From Clostridia bacterium (GTDB lineage: Bacteria; Bacillota; Clostridia; UMGS1810): a stretch of DNA of 25,396 nt. Shown piece by piece: positions 16,518-23,910 of the stretch (positions are counted from its first letter, which is position 1; every line of letters begins with the position of its first letter). The stretch lies in contig JAZSJF010000139.1 in the NCBI GenBank assembly GCA_045534195.1, forward strand, positions 1-25,396, given 5' to 3'. The position numbers and the translations under genes were made by a program. The notes under the pieces are model-generated. The model was not told the DNA's origin and did not search any database. It saw only the letters and a list, made by a program, of their open reading frames with translations.

Positions 16518-17264
16518 ATGTTTAATATTTTTAAAAAGAAACATCTTTCACAGAAACTCGATATGTCAAATATTCCAAACCACGTTGCGGTTATTATGGA
16601 CGGCAACGGCAGATGGGCAAAAAAGAGAGGACTTCCCAGAAGTGCAGGGCATGTTGTGGGAGCGAAAAATCTCGAAAAAATCATTCAGTATGCAGGAGAT
16701 ATCGGTATAAAGAATATCACTCTTTACTGTTTCTCTACCGAAAACTGGAAAAGGCCAAAAGACGAAGTAAATGCTCTTATGAATCTTTTTGTCCAGTATA
16801 TGCACGATTATGATAAACTTATGGGTGACAAAAAGGCGAGAGTAAGATTCTTAGGCACAAGAGAGGGCATTGATCCTGAAATATGCGCTTTGATGGAAGA
16901 AGTAGAAAAGAAATCAGAATTAAATGATGAACTTAATGTAAACCTTTGTTTGAATTACGGCGGAAGAGAAGAACTTGTAAACGCTGTGAAACTTATTGCA
17001 GAAGATGTGGCATCGGGAAAAATAAACCCGGATGATATTACAGAAAAGGATATCAACGACCGACTCTACACTTCATTTGCTCCCGATCCTGATCTTATCA
17101 TAAGACCAAGCGGAGAACTTCGTCTTTCAAATTTCCTTCTCTGGCAGTGCGCTTACAGTGAATTCTGGTTTTCTGATATTCTCTGGCCTGACTTTGTGCC
17201 AAAGAGAATGGAAAAGGCTATTATAGATTTTCAACAGAGAAACAGAAGATTTGGGGGAGTTTGA
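16518..17264 (+). CDS. uppS: Undecaprenyl diphosphate synthase (isoprenyl transferase)
   Basis: HVAVIMDGNGRWAK, FSTENWKRP..EV, NYGGREE, IIRPSGELRLSNFLLWQCAYSE. Start set at ATG 16518 after GGAGG rather than 16326. Confidence 0.95.
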   Translation: MFNIFKKKHLSQKLDMSNIPNHVAVIMDGNGRWAKKRGLPRSAGHVVGAKNLEKIIQYAGDIGIKNITLYCFSTENWKRPKDEVNALMNLFVQYMHDYDKLMGDKKARVRFLGTREGIDPEICALMEEVEKKSELNDELNVNLCLNYGGREELVNAVKLIAEDVASGKINPDDITEKDINDRLYTSFAPDPDLIIRPSGELRLSNFLLWQCAYSEFWFSDILWPDFVPKRMEKAIIDFQQRNRRFGGV

Positions 17265-17265
17265 T

Positions 17266-18093
17266 ATGAAAACCCGTATTATATCAGGAATTATTATGGT
17301 TATAATTGCCATTACCATATTGTCACTGGGCAAACTTACACTTGGCATTTCTATGGCGGTTATTTCAATGATTGCAGTGTATGAAGGCTCAAAAGCAATC
17401 GGAGTTTTTAAAAATGACAAAATGCTTTTTGCGCTAAACTTACTGTTTTCGCTGAGTGTAAATCTTATATATATTCTGAACACACTGAAAGTGTGCAATC
17501 TTAACTTTGAAGAAACACTTATGCCTGTATCAGTATTGTTTATCATAGTATGCCTTGTATACGGTGTGACTAATTACGGAAAGACTGATTTTTCTGTGAT
17601 TACGGAAAATATCTTTTTTATCTTCTACATCGTGGTGTTCTTTTCATATATTGTGCTTATCCGTGCATCAAGAGGCGGAGAGGTACTTATATGGCTTGTA
17701 CTCCTTTCTCCCTGGGCTACGGATACACTTGCATATTTTAGCGGAGTATTTTTTGGTAATCGCAAACTTATAGAAAAAGTCAGTCCAAAAAAGACAATAG
17801 AAGGAAGTATCGGCGGCACTGTGGGATGTGTGGCGGTTGCGTATATCTATGGAGTTATTGTGTCAAAATTGGGATATTTTCCTAAATTTTCAAATCTTCT
17901 TATATTCGCCGCGGTATCATCCGTAGTTTCACAGTTTGGCGATCTTGCCGCATCCTGTATCAAAAGGGAACACGGTGTGAAGGATTATGGTTCACTGATT
18001 CCGGGACATGGCGGAATACTGGACAGATTTGATTCTGTTCTTTTTGTAGCGCCGCTTATGTACTACTTTATGCAGTATCTTCCAATACTTTAG
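17266..18093 (+). CDS. cdsA: Phosphatidate cytidylyltransferase
   Basis: MKTRIISG start at ATG 17266; WATDTLAYF.G, VSPKKTIEGSIGG, GDLAASCIKR, KDYGSLIPGHGGILDRFDS. Confidence 0.95.
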   Translation: MKTRIISGIIMVIIAITILSLGKLTLGISMAVISMIAVYEGSKAIGVFKNDKMLFALNLLFSLSVNLIYILNTLKVCNLNFEETLMPVSVLFIIVCLVYGVTNYGKTDFSVITENIFFIFYIVVFFSYIVLIRASRGGEVLIWLVLLSPWATDTLAYFSGVFFGNRKLIEKVSPKKTIEGSIGGTVGCVAVAYIYGVIVSKLGYFPKFSNLLIFAAVSSVVSQFGDLAASCIKREHGVKDYGSLIPGHGGILDRFDSVLFVAPLMYYFMQYLPIL

Positions 18094-18114
18094 ACAAAAG
18101 GCAAGTGATAATAT

Positions 18115-19266
18115 ATGAAAAAAATATCTATATTAGGTTCTACCGGTTCTATCGGTACACAGGCTCTTGATGTGATAGGAGATGTTACCTCAAAGGCAGA
18201 GGTAGTGTGTCTTACTGCAAACAGGAATACAAAACTTCTTGAAGAACAGATAAGAAAGTACAGACCGAAGTTTGCTGCAATCGGTGACGAAAGTCTGTAT
18301 TCCGATCTGAAAACAAGATGTGCCGACCTTGATGTGAAACTTTCTGCAGGTTCGGAGGGTATAATTGAAGCGGCAACATTTCCCGAAGCAGATATGGTAC
18401 TCAATTCACTTGTGGGTATTTCAGGGCTTGTGCCTACCATTTCTGCAATCTGTGAAAAAAAGCAGATTGCCCTTGCAAACAAAGAAACTCTTGTTACGGG
18501 AGGAGAAGTGGTTACACAACTGGCAAGGGAAATGGGAGTAAGTATTCTTCCCGTTGACAGTGAACACAGTGCAATATTTCAGTGTTTAAACGGGGAAAAT
18601 CGGGATAAAATAAAGAATATATGGCTGACTGCATCAGGGGGACCTTTCAGAGATAAGACAAAAGAATTTCTGGAAGATGTCACCAAGGAGCAGGCGCTTA
18701 AGTATTCTAATTGGGATATGGGAGCAAAGATTACCATAGACAGTTCTACCCTGATGAATAAGGGGCTTGAGGTTATTGAAGCCAAGTGGCTTTTTGATGT
18801 GGATTGCGACAGAATCATTCCTGTAGTCCATCCGGAAAGTGTTATTCATTCTATGGTTGAGTTTGAAGATAATTCCATTATAGCACAACTTGGTTCTCCC
18901 GATATGAGATTGCCTATAAGTTATGCAATTAACTATCCTGAAAGAAAGTATTCTGTGTCAAAACCCCTTAATCTCTTTGAGGTAAATGCACTTCATTTTG
19001 AAAAGCCTGATTATGATACATTTCCATGTCTCAGACTTGCTTTCGACGCCATAAAGGCAGGCGGTCTTATGTGTGCCGTTCTCAACGGTGCAAATGAGGC
19101 TTGTGTGGAACTGTTTCTGAAAGACAAAATCAGATATACCCGTATAAGTGAATTTATTAGCAGAACTATGGAAGATTTTGACAATGATTCCATGGTTACT
19201 GTGGAGGGAATCCTCAATGCCGACAGGTATGCGAGAGAAAAGGTATATTCACTTTCAAATAAATAA
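18115..19266 (+). CDS. dxr: 1-deoxy-D-xylulose 5-phosphate reductoisomerase (active-site loop reads YSNW instead of HPNW)
   Basis: ILGSTGSIGTQ, LANKETLV, PVDSEHSAIFQ, LTASGGPFR, MGAKITIDS.TLMNKGLEVIEA, NGANE. Confidence 0.95.
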   Translation: MKKISILGSTGSIGTQALDVIGDVTSKAEVVCLTANRNTKLLEEQIRKYRPKFAAIGDESLYSDLKTRCADLDVKLSAGSEGIIEAATFPEADMVLNSLVGISGLVPTISAICEKKQIALANKETLVTGGEVVTQLAREMGVSILPVDSEHSAIFQCLNGENRDKIKNIWLTASGGPFRDKTKEFLEDVTKEQALKYSNWDMGAKITIDSSTLMNKGLEVIEAKWLFDVDCDRIIPVVHPESVIHSMVEFEDNSIIAQLGSPDMRLPISYAINYPERKYSVSKPLNLFEVNALHFEKPDYDTFPCLRLAFDAIKAGGLMCAVLNGANEACVELFLKDKIRYTRISEFISRTMEDFDNDSMVTVEGILNADRYAREKVYSLSNK

Positions 19267-19284
19267 TATGAAAGGTAATATGAA

Positions 19285-20325
19285 ATGCTTACATTGATTG
19301 CATCAATAGTTGTATTTTGCTTATTAATATTTATTCACGAATTTGGTCATTTCATTGCCGCAAAGTCGGTGGGAGTTACCGTTCACGAGTTTGCTATCGG
19401 TATGGGGCCGAAACTTTTTGGCTTTAAGGGAAAAGAAACTGCATATTCCGTAAGACTTCTTCCCATAGGCGGATATGTGAAACTTGAGGGAGAGGACGAA
19501 GAAAGCAATTCTCCCGGTGCACTGTGCAACAAATCACCCTTAAAGAGATTTCTTGTGCTTTTTGCAGGCGGTTTTATGAATCTTTTGCTTGGATTTATAA
19601 TATTCGTGTTTCTTATGTCCAATGCGGTTATCCCTACATCTGAAATATCCTATATATATGAAGGAAGCGGACTGGATAAGGCGGGGATTGTGCCGGGTGA
19701 CAAAATCATCCGTATGGAGGGTGAAAACTATTCTTCAAAGATAGGTTCATATAACGATATCACATATTTTGAGTACAAAAACAAATACGGCAAAGAAGTG
19801 AATATCACATTTGAAACAAAAGGCGGCACTGTGACAAAAACAATTCAGAAAACTGAAGAAATAAATGAAAATGGTGAAAAAACCGGCAGATTTATATATG
19901 GTTTCAGGCCGCAGATTGCACAAAAGACCGTTGGCACGGTTGTCAGAGCCGCTATAGATGAATTCTCTTTTATGACCAAACTTATTGTGGTGAGTTTTGT
20001 GGATTTGTTTACGGGAGATATACCTGCAGAATCCGTTTCAGGACCGGTGGGAATCGTCAAAGAGATTGGAAATGCGGCGCAATCGGGACTTATGAGTCTT
20101 ATGTCCCTTATGGCAATGCTTTCGGTAAACTTAGGCATTATGAATCTTCTTCCACTGCCTGCACTTGACGGCGGAAGGATATTCTTTGTTGTCATTGAGA
20201 TGATTTTCAGAAAACCCGTGCCTCAGGATAAGGAAGCCTGGGTGCATTTTGTAGGATTTGCCCTTCTCATGCTTCTTATGATAATAATCACCTTCAATGA
20301 TATACGGAGATTGATAGGGTTGTAA
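19285..20325 (+). CDS. rseP: RIP metalloprotease RseP
   Basis: IHEFGH zinc motif, EFAIGMGP, LLPIGGYVKL, PDZ-like region, SGPVGI, NLLPLPALDGG. Confidence 0.95.
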   Translation: MLTLIASIVVFCLLIFIHEFGHFIAAKSVGVTVHEFAIGMGPKLFGFKGKETAYSVRLLPIGGYVKLEGEDEESNSPGALCNKSPLKRFLVLFAGGFMNLLLGFIIFVFLMSNAVIPTSEISYIYEGSGLDKAGIVPGDKIIRMEGENYSSKIGSYNDITYFEYKNKYGKEVNITFETKGGTVTKTIQKTEEINENGEKTGRFIYGFRPQIAQKTVGTVVRAAIDEFSFMTKLIVVSFVDLFTGDIPAESVSGPVGIVKEIGNAAQSGLMSLMSLMAMLSVNLGIMNLLPLPALDGGRIFFVVIEMIFRKPVPQDKEAWVHFVGFALLMLLMIIITFNDIRRLIGL

Positions 20326-20346
20326 TAAATGTAAATAGTTTTTCAT

Positions 20347-20378
20347 AAAGATGTACCAAAGGCGGTACATCTTTTTTA
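20347..20378 (+). terminator. Intrinsic terminator after rseP
   Basis: AAAGATGTACC-AAAGGC-GGTACATCTTT plus T run. Confidence 0.8.
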
Positions 20379-20385
20379 ATTTTTT

Positions 20386-20446
20386 CAAAAAAGGGTCCGT
20401 CCCTGAATTGATTAAATTTGACAAAAAGGGGTCCGTCCCTGAATTG
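20386..20446. repeat. Two 25 nt direct repeats (period 36) with GGGTCCGTCCC core
   Basis: CAAAAAAGGGTCCGTCCCTGAATTG (20386-20410) and CAAAAAGGGGTCCGTCCCTGAATTG (20422-20446), one mismatch. Confidence 0.9.
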
Positions 20447-20465
20447 TAAAAACGACGGAGGATGA

Positions 20466-21359
20466 ATGTTGAATCTTTATAATTTTGATTATGCCAAACT
20501 TACATTGTGTCTGAAAAATCTCACTGCACAATATCCTTTTTTAAAAATGTTTTCCGTAGGTAAATCTGTTATGCAAAGAGATATATGGTGCATAAAAGTG
20601 GGAAAAGGAAACAAAAAAATCCTTGTAATTGCCGCGCATCACGGTCTTGAGTGGATAACAAGTGCACTTGCGGTGGGTTTTGTGAGGGATTTTTCTTATT
20701 GCCTGAGAAACAATATGGTTTTTGAAGATGAGATGGCATATGACATTTATTCCCGTGGGGAGTACTACATCATTCCCATGCTCAACCCCGACGGCGTGGA
20801 CATTGTGATAAATTCCATTGATAAAAGCCATCCTTTTTTTGAGTCGGTGAATTCCATTGCACCCCCTGACAGAATCCCTTATCTGTGGCAGGCCAATATA
20901 CGGGGAGTGGATCTTAATCACAACTACGACTGCAGATTTCAGGAGGGTGTGATTCTTGCACAAAAAGAAGGGATAACCGCACCTCATTATACAAGATTTT
21001 CCGGAAATCACCCTTTCAGTGAGCCTGAAACACTTTCAATAAAGAATCTGTGCGAAAAAACAGTGTTTCATTCATCCCTTGCCTTCCACACTCAGGGAGA
21101 AGTTATATATCCCGGGAATTGGATGGATAAAAAATACATCAGTGTTTCAAAAGCACTTTCTGATGTATCCGGCTATGAATTAAGTGTTGCTCAGGGAGTT
21201 GCGGATTGCTCAGGATTTAAGGACTGGATGATGGATAAACTGAATATTCCCTCGTTTACAATAGAGTTTGGTATGGGAAAAAATCCTCTTCCCTTTTCAC
21301 AGTTTGAAAAAATGAAAAAACCGTGTTATAATGTGATGAAAGAAATTTCAAAACATTAA
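20466..21359 (+). CDS. M14-family zinc peptidase, gamma-D-glutamyl-meso-diaminopimelate peptidase-like
   Basis: HHGLEW (HxxE), PMLNPDG, ANIRGVDLNHN, SEPET, FHTQGEVIY, GFKDW, FTIE.G; no signal peptide or LysM seen. Confidence 0.85.
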   Translation: MLNLYNFDYAKLTLCLKNLTAQYPFLKMFSVGKSVMQRDIWCIKVGKGNKKILVIAAHHGLEWITSALAVGFVRDFSYCLRNNMVFEDEMAYDIYSRGEYYIIPMLNPDGVDIVINSIDKSHPFFESVNSIAPPDRIPYLWQANIRGVDLNHNYDCRFQEGVILAQKEGITAPHYTRFSGNHPFSEPETLSIKNLCEKTVFHSSLAFHTQGEVIYPGNWMDKKYISVSKALSDVSGYELSVAQGVADCSGFKDWMMDKLNIPSFTIEFGMGKNPLPFSQFEKMKKPCYNVMKEISKH

Positions 21360-21374
21360 ATATGGAGTTGCATT

Positions 21375-22343
21375 ATGAAAAAGATTGCCCCGATATTTGC
21401 CATAATACTTATAATCTCACTTTCTGTGGGAGGATATATGTATTTCGGCAACAGACCGGATGTGAAAAAAACTACATTCTTTGCTTTTGACACTGTTATA
21501 AACCTTACTCTGTCATCAAAAGATGCACAAACTATCCTGGATGAATGTGAAAAAGAAATTTACAGACTTGACGGCATTTTTAATGTTCATTCTCCTGAAA
21601 GTGAGATATATATGCTCAATGAGAGCGGGGCGGAATCCCCTGTTGAGGTGTCAGAAGAACTTTACGGTGTGATTGAGAGAAGTATAGGGTATTCTGCAGA
21701 CACCCGGGGTGCTTTTGATATTACAATCAAGCCCCTTGTGGATTTGTGGGATATAAAAAACAAAAAAACCACCCCTCCGGAGGATTTTCGTATAAAGGAA
21801 ACCGTCAAAAAAGTTTCCTATAATAATATTGTATTGTATCCGGAATCAAAAATCGGATTTTCCCATCCCTCCACAAAACTCGATCTTGGCGGTGTAGCCA
21901 AAGGCTATGGTGCAGACAGATTGTGTGAGATAATAAAGGGACATTCTTTCGAATGGGCACTTCTTGACCTTGGCGGGAATATCTATTGTATGGGAGATAG
22001 GGAGTTCAATATAGGTATACAGCACCCCGACAGAGAACGGGGAGAATATTTCCGTACAGTCAAAGCGAAAAATAAGTCTGTAGTAACCGGTGGAGGATAT
22101 GAGAGGGGTTATGAAGCAAACGGCAGATATTATCATCATATTATAAGTCCTTTTGACGGATATCCTGCTGATTCAGGATTGAAAAGTGTTACCGTGACAG
22201 GAGATTCAAGTGAGATGTGCGATGCATATTCAACGGCGGTTTTTGTATACGGAAAGAATCTTGCAAAAAAACTTTGTGAAAAAGAAAAAAGCATTTCCTT
22301 TATAATAATGGATAATAATGGAAATGTGGAAGAAATAAAATAA
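21375..22343 (+). CDS. apbE: FAD:protein FMN transferase (ApbE family)
   Basis: GAFDITIKPLVDLW, LDLGGVAKGY, LLDLGGNIY, SVVTGGGYER, YHHIISP..GYP, DAYSTA; N-terminal hydrophobic anchor without an evident lipobox Cys. Confidence 0.92.
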   Translation: MKKIAPIFAIILIISLSVGGYMYFGNRPDVKKTTFFAFDTVINLTLSSKDAQTILDECEKEIYRLDGIFNVHSPESEIYMLNESGAESPVEVSEELYGVIERSIGYSADTRGAFDITIKPLVDLWDIKNKKTTPPEDFRIKETVKKVSYNNIVLYPESKIGFSHPSTKLDLGGVAKGYGADRLCEIIKGHSFEWALLDLGGNIYCMGDREFNIGIQHPDRERGEYFRTVKAKNKSVVTGGGYERGYEANGRYYHHIISPFDGYPADSGLKSVTVTGDSSEMCDAYSTAVFVYGKNLAKKLCEKEKSISFIIMDNNGNVEEIK

Positions 22344-22349
22344 TTTTCG

Positions 22350-22400
22350 GGTGCTTTCGGAATCTATATATTGTATATATTGATTTCGGAGGCACTTTTT
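22350..22400 (+). terminator. Intrinsic terminator after apbE
   Basis: GGTGCTTTCGGAATC pairs fully with GATTTCGGAGGCACT when G-U is allowed (strand-specific), followed by T run. Confidence 0.65.
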
Positions 22401-22474
22401 ATTTGTGAAAATTACTAAAAAAATATGTATAAGTTTATGCATAATAACAAAAACAAAATTATTTAAAAAAACAC

Positions 22475-22503
22475 TTGAAAAATAGACTTTTATCGTATAT
22501 AAT
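22475..22503 (+). promoter_or_regulatory. sigmaA promoter of the surface-protein genes
   Basis: TTGAAA-17 bp-TATAAT preceded by an A/T-rich UP-like tract. Confidence 0.65.
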
Positions 22504-22626
22504 GAATATGTATCTTTATGTGGTGTGGGGAAACTGTACCCAAAAGTGCGGATTTCCGTACATCACCGCTTAAAAACATTTTATTATACTGCTTTTTAAA
22601 GAAGTGGAAGGAGATGGAGAAAGGTT

Positions 22627-23838
22627 ATGAAAAAATTCCTTACAAGAGTACTCGCTCTTGCACTCGTTTCTCTTATGTTCGCTATGCCATGTATGGCAGC
22701 AAGTTACACAAGCGTAACATATGAGGGCGACACAATCACAGTATCACTTGATGGTTACAGCCAGGGTGATGAAAGTACAGTTATCATTGTTAAAAGCGGC
22801 GTAAATCTCGCTAATGTTGCTGACGGCGAAATTGTAAACATTGACCAGAAGCCTGTATTGAATGCTGACGGTACAGTTTCGTTTGATCTTCCTGTTGACG
22901 AAAGAGCACAGGAAATCGGTGTTACTGCTGTAGACATTTATGTCGGCGGTACTTCACTTGATGAAGCCGTTAAGTATTCTGAAACAATCACACTTAATCA
23001 GCAGTCTGTTATTTCATACACATATGAAGCATCTTACAAGACAAGCACAACAGGTGAATTTGAATCTGTTGCAGATGCTAAAGCAGACATCCAGGTGTTG
23101 AGAACAAAATCTGTTGACGGTGTTGCAGACGAAACAAAAGACGATGTTACATCATCTTGTGAACTCAGAGACGCAGGCAACGGTGTTATCGAAGTATACT
23201 ATGCAGGTAATAAGGTAGATGATATCACTTATACAATCGTAAGTTTCACATATACATATGAAGCATACTTTGTAAACAACACATCAAACTTCATTTCTGA
23301 TATGGATGCAAAGACAAGCGTAAAAGTTATCAGAAAAGAATATAAGAACGGTGAATACACAGGCGCGGCTAATGATAAGGATGTAACAAGCCGTGCAACA
23401 ATCACTGCTGCAAACGGAGTAGCAACGGCAGAAATCTTTGAATACGGTTTCAAACAGACACTTAACTACTCACTTGTAACACTTGGTATCTCCGGTGTTG
23501 TTAACAGTCCTGAACTTGAAACTGTTATCGAAAATGCACTTGTTTACCTCTATGAAGGTGAGACACTCAAGGGTGCGACACTTACTAAGGAAGACGGCTC
23601 ATATTCATTCAATATCGGACAGGGTAAATATACAATCGTTGTTTCTGCATCATTTGTAGATACATTCGACTTCTCTGTATATCAGCTCGCTCCAATCGTA
23701 GAAGAAGTAGAAATCACTGCTGATGGCTTCGCTACAAAGAACTTTGAAGTTATGTTCCCTGTTTACGGTGATGTAAATCTCGACGGTAAAGTTAACATCG
23801 AAGATATGTACGAAGTAAGAGCATCTTACACAGAATAA
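22627..23838 (+). CDS. Secreted multi-domain surface protein: beta domain, two ~78 aa repeats, carboxypeptidase-regulatory/CnaB-like domain, single dockerin-like loop
   Basis: Signal peptide ending AMA-A; repeats at about 23005-23238 and 23239-23478; A.VYLY......T.T.EDGSYSF...G.YTIVVS; C-terminal YGDVNLDGKVNIEDM. Confidence 0.8.
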   Translation: MKKFLTRVLALALVSLMFAMPCMAASYTSVTYEGDTITVSLDGYSQGDESTVIIVKSGVNLANVADGEIVNIDQKPVLNADGTVSFDLPVDERAQEIGVTAVDIYVGGTSLDEAVKYSETITLNQQSVISYTYEASYKTSTTGEFESVADAKADIQVLRTKSVDGVADETKDDVTSSCELRDAGNGVIEVYYAGNKVDDITYTIVSFTYTYEAYFVNNTSNFISDMDAKTSVKVIRKEYKNGEYTGAANDKDVTSRATITAANGVATAEIFEYGFKQTLNYSLVTLGISGVVNSPELETVIENALVYLYEGETLKGATLTKEDGSYSFNIGQGKYTIVVSASFVDTFDFSVYQLAPIVEEVEITADGFATKNFEVMFPVYGDVNLDGKVNIEDMYEVRASYTE

Positions 23839-23852
23839 TTAAACATATTAAT

Positions 23853-23888
23853 ACTTTAAGAGGTTTCGTATCCGAAGCCTCTTAAAGT
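23853..23888 (+). promoter_or_regulatory. Stable intergenic stem-loop without U-tract
   Basis: ACTTTAAGAGGTTTCG-TATC-CGAAGCCTCTTAAAGT, 16 bp with one G-U. Confidence 0.7.
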
Positions 23889-23910
23889 GACTTTATAAGG
23901 AGGAAGGATT

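Noticed and set aside
20386-20446. CRISPR array
   Set aside because: Only two units, an 11 nt gap far shorter than a spacer, and no cas genes in the window.
22520-22570. c-di-GMP or c-di-AMP riboswitch
   Set aside because: GGGAAAC is suggestive but the GCAAA, GAAA tetraloop/receptor and ydaO consensus elements are absent.
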